Source of the DNA: Candidatus Palauibacter irciniicola | Lineage (GTDB): Bacteria > Gemmatimonadota > Gemmatimonadetes > Palauibacterales > Palauibacteraceae | Direction of reading: 5' to 3' | Assembly (NCBI GenBank): GCA_009836005.1 | Contig: VXWG01000082.1 | Span: 5,017-69,016, forward strand | DNA length: 64,000 bases | Shown: piece after piece, positions 8,915 to 21,378 of the stretch | How the letters are laid out: every line of letters starts with the position of its first letter | Position numbering within the stretch: position 1 is the stretch's first letter | Made by a program: the position numbers and the translations under genes | Notes under the pieces: model-generated | The model's database searches: none | Told to the model about the DNA's origin: nothing | Seen by the model: the letters and a program-made list of their open reading frames with translations, nothing else

Positions 8915-11470
8915 GTGAATCTCGTCATCGTGGAGTCGCCGGCCAAGGCCCGCACCCTGGAGTCGTACCTCGGGGCCGGCTTCAGCGTGCAGGCATCCGT
9001 CGGCCACGTCCGGGACCTCCCCAGGAGCGGCCTCGGCGTCGACATCGACAAGGGGTTCGAGCCGGAGTACGTCACGATCGAGGGGAAGGAACCCGTCCTC
9101 CGCAAGCTGCGCGCGGCGGCGGCGAAGGCGGACTCCATCCTCCTCGCCACGGACCCCGACCGGGAGGGCGAGGCGATCGCCTATCACATCGTCGAGGCTC
9201 TGACCGCGCGCAAGCGGTCGCTGCGGGAGCGGTTCCACCGCATCACGTTCAACGAGATCACGAAGACCGCCGTGCTCGCGGCGCTCGAGCGGCCGGGAGA
9301 GATCGACCTCCCCCGCATCGAGGCCCAGCAGGCGCGCAGGATTCTGGATCGTCTCGTCGGGTACAGGGTCTCGCCGCTCCTGTGGAAGAAGATCAAGCCG
9401 GGACTCTCGGCCGGCCGCGTGCAGTCGGTCGCCGTCCGCCTGCTCGTGGAGCGCGAACGGGAACGGCGCGCCTTCCGGAGCGGCGCCTGGTGGCGTCTGC
9501 GCGCGCACCTCGCCGCGGACGGGGGCGCCTTCACGGCCGACCTCGCCGCCCTCGACGGCGTCGCGATCGCGACGGGCCGGGATTTCGACGAGCGCACCGG
9601 CGCCCTCAAGTCCGGCCGCAAGGTCGTCCTGCTGGACCGGGAACGCGCCGAGGCGCTCCGCGCGCGGTTGGCCGACGCGACCTTCACCGTCGTCAGCCTG
9701 CGGGAGAAGCGGTCGAAGCGGAGCCCGTATCCTCCGTTCACGACGGCGACCCTCCAGCAGGAGGCCAACCGCAAGCTGAACCTCGGGGCCCGGGAGACGA
9801 TGCGGATCGCGCAGGCGCTCTACGAGGCCGGCCGCATCACCTACATGAGGACCGATTCCGTCACGCTCTCCGAAGCCGCGATCACGGCGATTCGAAGCCG
9901 GGTGGCGGCCCGGTACGGGAAGGAATACCTGAGCCCCTCCCCGCGGCGCTACAGGACGAAGTCCCGCTCGGCGCAGGAGGCCCACGAGGCGATTCGCCCG
10001 GCCGGCACCGACATGCGGACCGCCGATGAACTCGGGCTCACCGGCCGGCAGAAGGCGCTCTACGAGCTGATCTGGAGACGCGCGGTCGCGACGCAGATGG
10101 CCGATGCCCGGCTGCGGCATCTGAACGTGCAGGTGGATGCGGAGGAGGCGCGCTTCCGGGCCGCGGGGAAGGTGATCGAGTTCCCCGGCTTCTTCCGCGC
10201 CTACGTTGAAGGGTCCGACGATCCGGACGCGGCACTGGAGAACCAGGAGACGGTGCTCCCGGACATGCGGGAGGGTCAGACGCTCGAGAACCGCAGGCTG
10301 GAGAGCCGGAAGCACGAGACGAAGCCGCCTCCCCGCTTCACGGACGCGGCGCTCGTGAAGGAGCTGGAGGCGGACGGAATCGGGCGTCCCTCCACGTACG
10401 CCGCCATCATCTCGACCGTCGTCGATCGCGGGTACGCGGTACGGCAGGGCAAGCAACTCGTCCCCACCTTCATCGCCTTCGCGGTGACCGGCCTCCTGGA
10501 GGATCACTTCCCGAACCTCGTCGACACCGGGTTCACCTCCGAGATGGAGGAGGCGCTGGACGAGATCGCTCGCGGCAACGTGGACTGGCGCGCCTACCTC
10601 GGGGATTTCTACAGCGGCGGAGACGGGCTCGAAGCGCGGCTCGTCGAGCGCGAAGCGGCCATCGACCCGCGCGAGGCCTCGACCGTGCGGCTCCAGGATC
10701 TCACTCCCCGTGTGCGGATCGGCCGCTACGGGCCCTTCCTCGAACTCGAGAAAAACGGCGACCGGCTCACCGCCTCCCTCCCCGACGACGTGGCCCCGGC
10801 CGACCTCAGCGAGGAGCAGGCGATCGACCTCCTCCGGAAGCGGGCGGAAGGCCCGGATCGTCTCGGGGAGGACCCCGATTCCGGAGAGACCATCTACCTC
10901 ATGGAGGGGCGCTTCGGCCCCTACGTGCAGCGAGGCGAGAGGGCGGACGGACAGAAGCCGAAACGCGCCTCCCTCCCGAAGAACGTGCGGCCGGAGGATG
11001 TGTCGCTGACGACGGCGCTCAAACTGCTCGCCATGCCCGCCCCGCTCGGCGCGCACCCGGAGAGCGGCGACCCGGTGAAGGTGGGCATCGGGCGCTACGG
11101 CCCGTACGTCGTCCACCAGTCGGACTACCGTTCGCTGACGGAGCACGACGACCCGCTCGACATCACGTTCGAGCGCGCCATGGAGCTGCTCTCCGCGCCC
11201 AAGACGCGGGGCCGCCGGGCGAGCGCCACGCCGCTGCGGGAAGTCGGCGCGCACCCGGATGACGGCGAGTCGATCGCGATCTACAAGGGTCGCTACGGTC
11301 CGTATGTGAAGCACGGCAAGACGAACGCGTCGCTACCCAAGGGGACGGAGCCCGACGAGGTCACGCTGGACGTGGCGCTGGACCTGCTGAGGAAGCGGAA
11401 GGAGCGCGACGCGACCAGGAAGGCGGGCGGACGGCGCGGCGGCCCCCGCAAGAAGTCGTCGAGAAAATGA
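8915..11470 (+). CDS. topA: DNA topoisomerase I
   Basis: [12 protein letters not shown] Toprim start and [13 protein letters not shown]. Four GR(Y/F)GP(Y/F) C-terminal repeats and a Lys/Arg-rich tail. Confidence 0.9.
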   Translation: MNLVIVESPAKARTLESYLGAGFSVQASVGHVRDLPRSGLGVDIDKGFEPEYVTIEGKEPVLRKLRAAAAKADSILLATDPDREGEAIAYHIVEALTARKRSLRERFHRITFNEITKTAVLAALERPGEIDLPRIEAQQARRILDRLVGYRVSPLLWKKIKPGLSAGRVQSVAVRLLVERERERRAFRSGAWWRLRAHLAADGGAFTADLAALDGVAIATGRDFDERTGALKSGRKVVLLDRERAEALRARLADATFTVVSLREKRSKRSPYPPFTTATLQQEANRKLNLGARETMRIAQALYEAGRITYMRTDSVTLSEAAITAIRSRVAARYGKEYLSPSPRRYRTKSRSAQEAHEAIRPAGTDMRTADELGLTGRQKALYELIWRRAVATQMADARLRHLNVQVDAEEARFRAAGKVIEFPGFFRAYVEGSDDPDAALENQETVLPDMREGQTLENRRLESRKHETKPPPRFTDAALVKELEADGIGRPSTYAAIISTVVDRGYAVRQGKQLVPTFIAFAVTGLLEDHFPNLVDTGFTSEMEEALDEIARGNVDWRAYLGDFYSGGDGLEARLVEREAAIDPREASTVRLQDLTPRVRIGRYGPFLELEKNGDRLTASLPDDVAPADLSEEQAIDLLRKRAEGPDRLGEDPDSGETIYLMEGRFGPYVQRGERADGQKPKRASLPKNVRPEDVSLTTALKLLAMPAPLGAHPESGDPVKVGIGRYGPYVVHQSDYRSLTEHDDPLDITFERAMELLSAPKTRGRRASATPLREVGAHPDDGESIAIYKGRYGPYVKHGKTNASLPKGTEPDEVTLDVALDLLRKRKERDATRKAGGRRGGPRKKSSRK

Positions 11471-12411
11471 CCCGGACGTCCGCGCCCGCCGATGCGCGGG
11501 CGCGAGCCCGGCGCGCATGGGTCGAAGACTTCCTTCGCTACGCCCGCGCCGAGCGCCGGCTGTCCCCCAACACCGTGTCCGCGTACCGCCGCGACCTCGA
11601 TCAGTTCGAGGCCTTCGTGAGCGCGTACGAGGGGACGCACGACTGGGGCTGGGCGGACGTGCATCGCGTGTCCATCCGTTCCTTCATGGGAGAGCTCGAG
11701 TCGCGCGGGCTGAAGCGTTCCTCGATCGGCCGCAAGCTCGCCGCCGTGCGCGCCTTCTTCGCCTTCCTCCAGCGCACGGACCGGGTGGAGGCCAGCCCGG
11801 CCCGGCTCGTCCGCACCCCGCGCCGGGACCGGACGCTGCCCACCTTCCTGAGCGAGGAGGACGCCCGCGAACTGCTCGACTCCGCCGGCGAGGCGGCGCG
11901 ACGGGACGGGTCCGCGGTGGCGCTCCGGCGCTGGGCCCTCCTCGAGTTGCTCTACTCGTGCGGACTGCGCCTGGCGGAGGTGCAGGGCCTCGACGTGACC
12001 GCCGTGGACCGCCGCGCCGGGCAGGTGCGTGCGCTCGGCAAGGGCGGGAAGGAGCGCGTGGTCCCTCTCGGCCGGCCCGCGTCGGAAGCGCTCGGCGCCT
12101 ACTTCGGCAAACGGGGGGAAGGCTCCTCCCGGGCCGCGTTCCTCTCCGTTCGCGGCACCCGCCTCTCGCGGCGGCAGATCCAGCGCGACGTGACGGCCCA
12201 ACTCGCGCGGGTCGCGGAGGGCGACCGGCTGACCACGCATTCGCTGCGCCACTCCTTCGCGACCCACCTGCTCGACCGGGGGGCGGACCTCGTCTCGGTG
12301 AAGGAGATGCTGGGACACGCGAGTCTGAGCACGACCCGGATCTACACGCACACATCCGTGGACCGCCTCAAGCGCGTACACTCCCGGGCCCACCCACGCG
12401 GAGGAGAATGA
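11467..12411 (+). CDS. xerC: Tyrosine recombinase XerC/XerD family
   Basis: ATGA overlap with top[25 protein letters not shown] and [14 protein letters not shown] catalytic motifs. Confidence 0.85.
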   Translation: MTRTSAPADARARARRAWVEDFLRYARAERRLSPNTVSAYRRDLDQFEAFVSAYEGTHDWGWADVHRVSIRSFMGELESRGLKRSSIGRKLAAVRAFFAFLQRTDRVEASPARLVRTPRRDRTLPTFLSEEDARELLDSAGEAARRDGSAVALRRWALLELLYSCGLRLAEVQGLDVTAVDRRAGQVRALGKGGKERVVPLGRPASEALGAYFGKRGEGSSRAAFLSVRGTRLSRRQIQRDVTAQLARVAEGDRLTTHSLRHSFATHLLDRGADLVSVKEMLGHASLSTTRIYTHTSVDRLKRVHSRAHPRGGE

Positions 12412-12973
12412 AGAGCATGATACGAGCCACGACGATCCTCTGCGTTCGGGTCGGCGGGGAAGTCGCGATGGCGGGTGACGGCCAGGTGACGATGGGGGAG
12501 ACCGTCGTCAAGGCGAAGGCGAGCAAGCTCCGCACGATGCGCGACGGCCGGATCCTGGCGGGCTTCGCCGGCGGCGTCGCCGATGCGCTCACCCTGTTCG
12601 AGAAGTTCGAGGCGCAACTCGAACGCTACCCTCGCCACCTCACCCGCGCGGCGGTGGAACTCGCGAAGGAGTGGCGGAGCGACCGCTATCTCCGGCGGCT
12701 CGAGGCGCTGCTCGCCGTCGCCGACCGCGAGACGAGCCTGCTCATCGCCGGCACGGGAGAGGTCATCGAACCGGACGATGGCATTCTCGCGCTCGGTTCC
12801 GGGGGGCCGCACGCGCTCGCCGCCGCGCGGGCCCTCGCCCGCCGCACGGAGCTGCCGGCCGCCGAGGTGGCCCGGCAGGCCCTCGAGATCGCGGCGGAGA
12901 TCTGCGTGTACACGAACCGGGAGATCACGGTGCTCGAACTCCCGGGCGCCGACGACGACAACGGGAACGAGCC

Positions 12974-12977
<4 letters not shown>
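12408..12977 (+). CDS. hslV: ATP-dependent protease subunit HslV
   Basis: ATGA overlap with the xerC stop. [11 protein letters not shown]...GDGQVT N-terminal Thr-protease motif. Confidence 0.85.
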
Positions 12978-14428
<1,451 letters not shown>

Positions 14429-14454
14429 GCGGAAACCCGAGGACGCACGAAGCC

Positions 14455-15368
<914 letters not shown>

Positions 15369-15372
<4 letters not shown>

Positions 15373-16958
15373 AGGACCTGAAAGAAACTCCGCTGTTCGA
15401 AGAACACGTCCGGCTGGGCGGAAAGATCGTCCCCTTCGCCGGCTACGCGATGCCCGTCCAGTATCCGACCGGCATCAGGGCGGAACACCGCGCCGTGCGC
15501 GAGAAGTCGGGCCTGTTCGACGTCTCCCACATGGGAGAGTTCCGTGTCCGCGGCGAGGACGCGCAGGCGTTCGTGGCCTACGCGACGACGAACGACCCCT
15601 CGCGCCTGGAGCCGGGAGACGCCCAGTACAGCGCGATGTGTCACGAGACCGGCGGCGTCATCGACGACCTCATCGTCTACTGCATGGGCGAGGCGGATTA
15701 TCGGCTCGTCGTGAACGCGGCCAACATGGCCAAGGACTGGGCGCACCTCGCCGGGCTCGCCAAGGGGTTCGACGTGAGAATGACGGACGAGAGCGATGAG
15801 ATCGCCCTCCTCGCCCTCCAGGGTCCGTTGGCGGAGGTGATGCTGGCGCCGCTGACCGACCAACCGCTGGCGGAGATCGACTACTACCGCTTCGTGCACG
15901 GCGACGTCGCGGGCGCGCCGTGCGTCATCAGTCGGACCGGATATACGGGGGAGATCGGGTTCGAACTCTACATGCCGAATGCGTACGCGGCGCCGACGTG
16001 GCGGGCGCTCGTCGCGGCCGGCGCCGTCCCCACGGGCCTGGGAGCCCGCGACTCGCTCCGGCTCGAGATGGGCTACGCGCTCTACGGCAACGACGTGGAC
16101 GACGAGACGACCGCGCTCGAGGCCGGGCTCGGGTGGCTCGTGAAGCCCGCCAAAGGCGACTTCGTGGGAGCGGAAGCCCTTGCCGCGCAGCGCGCCGCCG
16201 GCCTCACCCGCAAGCTGCGCTTCCTCAGGCTGCTCGAGCGGGGCTTCCCGCGGCCGGGCTACGACGTCCGATTCCAGGGGGAGGCCGTCGCCGTCGTCCG
16301 CAGCGGCACCGTGAGTCCTTCCATGGGGTACGGGATCGCGACGGCCTACCTGCCGGTGGCTGCGGGGTTCGGCGACGCGGTCGAGATCATGATCCGGGGG
16401 AAGGCGATCGCGGCCGAGGTCGTCCGCCCGCCCTTCTATCCACGCGGCTCGCTGCACCGGATCGCGCCGCGGATCGCCGTCATGACCATCTCCGATGCCG
16501 TCCACGCCGGGGAGCGGGAGGACGGTTCCGGGGCCCTCATCGAGAAGTGGATCCGGGGGCGGGCCTATTCGCTGTCCGGCGCGGACGTCGTTCCCTGCGA
16601 GAACGACGCGATCAGCTCCCGCCTCCTGCACTGGTGCGACGTGCGGGGGGTCGACGTCGTTCTCACGACGGGCGGCATCGGCCTTGCGGTCCGCGACGTG
16701 ACGCCCGAAGCGACGCGCACCGTCCTTGAGCGCCACGCGCCGGGGATCGCCGAGATGCTGCGCCGCGCCGGCGCCGAGTCGACGCCGTACGCCGCGCTCG
16801 GTCGCGGGCTGACGGGGATCCGCGGCGAGACGCTCATCATCAATCTGCCCGGGAACCCGGGCGGCGTCTCCGACGGCCTCGCCGCGCTCGAGTCCGTGAT
16901 CGACCACGCGGTCGATCTGCTGCGCGGCGAAACCGTGCACGCCTCCCCGGGCGGCTGA
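15369..16958 (+). CDS. gcvT: Aminomethyltransferase (glycine cleavage T protein) fused in frame to a MogA/MoaB-like molybdopterin domain
   Basis: GTG at 15369 overlaps the argF stop (GTGA). The GcvT body runs from [10 protein letters not shown] to PFYPRGSL. The frame then continues with no stop into RIAVMTISD...[16 protein letters not shown]...INLPGNPGG, which is MogA-like. Confidence 0.75.
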
Positions 16959-18595
16959 TGGCGCGCGTCTTCGTCGACGGGCGCGCGGTGGAGTCCGCCA
17001 TCGCCGTCCGGCAGGCCGTGCAGGCCGACGGGCACGAGGTCGAGTTCGTGGAGTCGGTGCGCGAACTCGAGGGACGGCTCGGCGGGGCGGCCGACGTTGC
17101 CCTGGTCCTCACGGGCCCGCTCGGCGAATCGCGCGCCGCCGCGATGCGCGGACTGTTCGAGGCGGAGATTCCGCGCCCTCCGGTGCTCGGACTCACGGAG
17201 GAGACCCACCCCGATGCGCGCCGCGGGCTGGCGCGGTCCTTCGATCTCGACGAGGCGCTCTCGCTTCCCGTCGATCCCGACGAAATGCGGGTCGTCCTGC
17301 AGACGCACCTCGACCGCTACGACCTCCAGCGACAGACGGGGATCATCGGGCGCACCGAGGCCGTGCGCGAGATCCTGGAGCGGGTGCACATGATCGCCCC
17401 CGTGATGAGCACCGTCCTCCTGACGGGCGAGAGCGGGACCGGAAAGGAACTCGTGGCGCGGGCCTTTCACCGGCTGTCCCCGAGGCGCGCGAAGGCCTTC
17501 ATCGCGGTGAACTGCGCCGCCCTCCCCGAGTCGCTGCTCGAATCCGAACTGTTCGGGCACGAGAAGGGCGCCTTCACCGGGGCGACCTCGCTGCGGCGGG
17601 GGATGTTCGAACTCGCCGATGGCGGCACGCTCCTCCTCGACGAGATTGCCGAGATGCCGCTCCCCACCCAGACGCGGCTCCTGCGGGTGCTCGAGAGCCG
17701 CCGCTTCATGCGGGTGGGCGGGGACCACGAGATCCAGGTCAGCGTGCGCGTCGTCGCCGCCACGAACCGCGACCTCAGGCAGGCGGTCGAGACCGGGGAA
17801 TTCCGCCGCGACCTGTACTACCGGCTCAACGTCCTCAACGTCCACGTCCCCCCGCTCCGCGAGCGGCGCCGCGACATCCCCGTCCTCATCCGCCGCTTCA
17901 TCTCGGAGTTCAGCCGCCAGCACGACCGGGAATTCCGCGGACTCGCTCCGGACGCGCTCCAGATCCTCCTCGACTACGACTGGCCGGGGAACGTCCGGGA
18001 ACTCCGCAACCTGATCGAGTCCATGGTCGTCCTCGCGCCCGGCTCCGTCATACGTCCGGAGGACATTCCGCCCGAGATCCGGTCTGGGGGCGTGAGCCTC
18101 GTGCCAGCCCCCGCGCGCATCGCGCCTCCGGTCGACGCGGGCGCCGGATCCATCCCGAGTTCACCGCAACTCGCGTTCGTCTTCCGCACCCTCGTGGACC
18201 TCAAGGTGGACATCGATGACCTCAAGCGGGAGTTCGAGGCCTACAGGTCGGGTGCCCGCCAACTCCCTCCGGCCCCCTCCGGGGGCGGGGTCGTGGACGA
18301 CATCGAGGACGCGATCGAGATCGACATCACCGACGCGGTTGACGCGATCGATGCGACCCCGGCCGAAGTCGCCTCACCGACCGAGGGCGGCCCGGCCGCG
18401 GAGGACAGCTCGGTCCCGGAGGACGCGGACGTGATCGCGATCCGGCCCGGGATGACGATGGAGGAGATCGAGCGCGCGGCGATCATCGCCGTGCTCCGCC
18501 AGGCCGGAGGCAACCGGCGCCGGGCCGCGGAGGCGCTCGGCATCGGCGAACGCACGATCTACCGCAAGATCCGGAAGTACGGCATCGACCACTAG
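16958..18595 (+). CDS. Sigma-54-dependent Fis-family transcriptional activator with an atypical receiver-like N-domain
   Basis: GESGTGKELVARAFH Walker A, GAFTGA loop, and a C-terminal Fis-type HTH (AAEALGIGERTIYRKIRKYGI). TGATG overlap with the preceding gene. Confidence 0.85.
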   Translation: MARVFVDGRAVESAIAVRQAVQADGHEVEFVESVRELEGRLGGAADVALVLTGPLGESRAAAMRGLFEAEIPRPPVLGLTEETHPDARRGLARSFDLDEALSLPVDPDEMRVVLQTHLDRYDLQRQTGIIGRTEAVREILERVHMIAPVMSTVLLTGESGTGKELVARAFHRLSPRRAKAFIAVNCAALPESLLESELFGHEKGAFTGATSLRRGMFELADGGTLLLDEIAEMPLPTQTRLLRVLESRRFMRVGGDHEIQVSVRVVAATNRDLRQAVETGEFRRDLYYRLNVLNVHVPPLRERRRDIPVLIRRFISEFSRQHDREFRGLAPDALQILLDYDWPGNVRELRNLIESMVVLAPGSVIRPEDIPPEIRSGGVSLVPAPARIAPPVDAGAGSIPSSPQLAFVFRTLVDLKVDIDDLKREFEAYRSGARQLPPAPSGGGVVDDIEDAIEIDITDAVDAIDATPAEVASPTEGGPAAEDSSVPEDADVIAIRPGMTMEEIERAAIIAVLRQAGGNRRRAAEALGIGERTIYRKIRKYGIDH

Positions 18596-18603
18596 CCTCG
18601 CAT

Positions 18604-18619
18604 CCGGCGGGGGCGCCGG
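18604..18619. terminator. Weak GC hairpin between convergent genes
   Basis: CCGGCG-GGGG-CGCCGG sits between the activator stop (18595) and the SRPBCC stop (18625). No U-tract. Confidence 0.2.
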
Positions 18620-18624
18620 CCGCG

Positions 18625-19101
18625 TCACACCGCCGAGCCGGCCTCCGCGCGGGCCTTCAGCCCTCGTGCGACATCATTGAACCCGCGTCGCACGAACCCG
18701 CCGAAGAGCAGCATCACGAGCGGGATGAGAAGGCCCGAGAAGTCATCCGACGTCCGGTATCGGCAGCGCCCCTCTCCGACGGCTTCCAGGCGCTGCTCCC
18801 GCAGGGCCGAGATGAGGAGACGGTGGCCCATCGTCGTACTCCACGCGATGAGGTGCGGCGGCTCGACGGCCTCGATCCGCTCGACCTGTTTCAGTCTCCA
18901 GGGTCCCATCCTCACGTACAGTTCGACCGGCGAGCCGATCTTGAAGTCCGTGGCGACCGAGGGCGTGAACGGGTTCCATTCGCCGTAGCGCTCGAAGTCC
19001 GTGAGGATGTCCCACGCCCGTTCGATCGGCGCGTCGATCTCCACGGCCTCCGAACGCACATGCCCCCTGAACAGGGCGCTGCCCTTCCGCTGCGGTTTCA
19101 C
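18625..19101 (-). CDS. SRPBCC (START/polyketide-cyclase-like) ligand-binding protein
   Basis: GTG at 19101 overlaps the SDR stop (GTGA). AVEIDAPIERAWDILTDFERYGEWNP motif. Confidence 0.65.
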   Translation of the reverse strand: MKPQRKGSALFRGHVRSEAVEIDAPIERAWDILTDFERYGEWNPFTPSVATDFKIGSPVELYVRMGPWRLKQVERIEAVEPPHLIAWSTTMGHRLLISALREQRLEAVGEGRCRYRTSDDFSGLLIPLVMLLFGGFVRRGFNDVARGLKARAEAGSAV

Positions 19102-20120
19102 TCCGATTCCCCCGCGGCGAACCCGCGCACACCCTCCTCGCCGGGTCGCGGGTGTCGCGCCAGCAGCGCCGCGCTTTCCCGCCACAGTCGCGCTCCGGCG
19201 GCGGCGTCCATCGCCGGCGCGGACATCTCCTTCTCCCGCATCAGGTGCAGGTAGACCCCGCTGCGCCGACCCAGGTCCTCAGCGCAGCACGCATGGGTCA
19301 CGGGCGCCGCCGCCTCGCGGGGCGCCGCGAAGAGCAGGCGTTTCGCCGGGTGGAGCAGCGGCTTCAGCCACCACGGCGCTTCCCGCATGAGGTCGGAGTC
19401 GACCGCGCCCGGGCACAGCGAGTTCACGGCGATCCGTACGTCTCCCTCCGGGTTCAGCCGGCGCGACAGTTCCTGCGCATAGGTACACAGGTGCAGTTTG
19501 CTCAACGCATAGTACTTCAGGCCGTCTCTCAGGCCGTAGTCGGCAAAGGCGCCGAAGCTGCCGAAGTCGATCGACTCGGCGGCTCGATGCGTTTCGGACA
19601 CGATGAAGACGATTCTCGGGATCTCTCCACCGCGGCCGCCCGGCCGAACGACGCCGTCCGCCAGGAGTCGGTCGATGAGCACGCGGTTGGCCAGAAAATG
19701 GACCGCGAACATCAACTCGTAGCCCTGGGCCGATCTCCGAGCCTTCGCCGGCATCACCCCGGCGTTGAGGACGAGGATGTCCACCGTGCGCCGCTCGCGT
19801 TCGAGCCCGTCGCACAGCGCGTGCACGGAGTCGAGGTCGGCGAGGTCCACGCGAAGCATGTCGACCGCGTCGGAACCCGCGAGCCGCCGGACGTCCTCCC
19901 CCGCAGCGGGATGTCCGCCGCGGCAGGCCATGAGCACCTCGGCGCCGCGTTTCGCCAGGTCGACCGCCACCGCCTTGCCCAGCCCCCGGTTGGCCCCCGT
20001 GACCAGGCAGACCTTTCCGTCGAGGCGGACGCGCTCCGGGACCGGGCTCAGCGTGGGGCGCTGGAAGAAACGATCGACGACTCCGCTGGCGAAGGCCTTC
20101 AGCTTCCGGTTGTATTTCAC
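19098..20120 (-). CDS. Short-chain dehydrogenase/reductase
   Basis: GTG at 20120 overlaps the sulfotransferase stop (GTGA). VTGANRGLG cofactor motif, NAG, and YxxSK (YALSK). Confidence 0.8.
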   Translation of the reverse strand: MKYNRKLKAFASGVVDRFFQRPTLSPVPERVRLDGKVCLVTGANRGLGKAVAVDLAKRGAEVLMACRGGHPAAGEDVRRLAGSDAVDMLRVDLADLDSVHALCDGLERERRTVDILVLNAGVMPAKARRSAQGYELMFAVHFLANRVLIDRLLADGVVRPGGRGGEIPRIVFIVSETHRAAESIDFGSFGAFADYGLRDGLKYYALSKLHLCTYAQELSRRLNPEGDVRIAVNSLCPGAVDSDLMREAPWWLKPLLHPAKRLLFAAPREAAAPVTHACCAEDLGRRSGVYLHLMREKEMSAPAMDAAAGARLWRESAALLARHPRPGEEGVRGFAAGESE

Positions 20121-21370
20121 GTGACGACCTCGTCCGGTATCCGGTATTCCCGCCGGTAGGCCGCGGAATGCCGGTCTATGGTCTCCTCGTCGAGACCGAA
20201 GCTGGCCGGCGAGTAGACGTGCCTCCCGTGGCCGTCCTTCCCGCTTCGTTCGGAGACATTCCTCGCCGCGTCCGCGGCTTCGTCCGTGAAGTCGATTCCC
20301 GCGGCCCCGTACATCCTGCGCAACTCGCCGACCGGATCCGCGATCAGGTCGTAGAACGATACATCGACGAACACATGCTCGGCCGCGCCCCGCCGCACGC
20401 TCATGGAGCGCTCCATCATCCGGCGGATCTTCCTCATCCAGTGCGCCCCGATCTCCGGCGGATCCACACGGTCGCTGAAGATGCCGCGTCCGTGCGCCAC
20501 CATGCTGCAGAACGACGGCACCGCTTTCTTCGGATCCCGATGCGTCTGGATGACGCACACGTCGGGGAAGACATCGAGGATGACATCGAGATGTTCCATG
20601 TGATGCGGCGTCTTCAGCACCCAGCAATCGCCCGGGCGCTGCCAGTGCAGGATCTTCAGCACCGTGAGCAGGTACTCGTAGCACTTCGTGTGGTCCCGGG
20701 CTTCGAGCCACCGCGAATAGCTCGGCACGTGCATCGCCGCTTCCGGCGCCTGGCTCATGAACGAGAGATCGAGCAGAAGGACGTCCTCCTCCGGCGCGTC
20801 CCAGGCCATGGGGTGGACGGCGCGGAAATCGGGCGCCAGGAACCCGATGGCTCGCGCGGCGCGTTTCGCCTGACGCATGCGGCGCCGCGGAGCCCCCGTC
20901 CCTTCGTCCCCGAGAGGCACGGGGCTGAGCACTTCCCACGCACGCAGGGCGCGAACCCCCGGGTCCGCCGCGAGCAACCGGTGCAGCGTCGTCGTCGCGG
21001 TGCGCTGCAGGCCCGCGATGAGGAGGATTCGCCCCAGGTCCACGTCGAGAATCTCGGGGTGTTCCCGAAGCAACCGTGCCGCGCGCAGCCGAATCGCCAG
21101 GGCCGATACGATCCGCGCGCGCTGAATCGTCGCGCCGAGCGGCGTCAGTCGCGCCTCCGCGTTGATCGATTCGACGAGCACCTCGAGGGGTTCCAGGAAC
21201 CACTCATCGCCGAAGTCCGAGAGTCCCGTCCGCCGCCTCGCGGCGGCGACCATGCGGCCGACGTCCAGGGCGCCGCCGAAGCCGAACCTCCGGGCCGCCC
21301 GCCCCACCCGGTTGAAGAGGGACACGGCCAGGGGGCGGTACGGCCTGCGGTACTCCGTCGAGGTCCGCAC
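20117..21370 (-). CDS. Sulfotransferase-family protein
   Basis: WVLKTPHHMEHLDVILDVFPD resembles a PAPS 5'-phosphosulfate binding loop. THRDP motif. GTG start. Confidence 0.7.
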   Translation of the reverse strand: MRTSTEYRRPYRPLAVSLFNRVGRAARRFGFGGALDVGRMVAAARRRTGLSDFGDEWFLEPLEVLVESINAEARLTPLGATIQRARIVSALAIRLRAARLLREHPEILDVDLGRILLIAGLQRTATTTLHRLLAADPGVRALRAWEVLSPVPLGDEGTGAPRRRMRQAKRAARAIGFLAPDFRAVHPMAWDAPEEDVLLLDLSFMSQAPEAAMHVPSYSRWLEARDHTKCYEYLLTVLKILHWQRPGDCWVLKTPHHMEHLDVILDVFPDVCVIQTHRDPKKAVPSFCSMVAHGRGIFSDRVDPPEIGAHWMRKIRRMMERSMSVRRGAAEHVFVDVSFYDLIADPVGELRRMYGAAGIDFTDEAADAARNVSERSGKDGHGRHVYSPASFGLDEETIDRHSAAYRREYRIPDEVVT

Positions 21371-21378
21371 CGGGCCGC

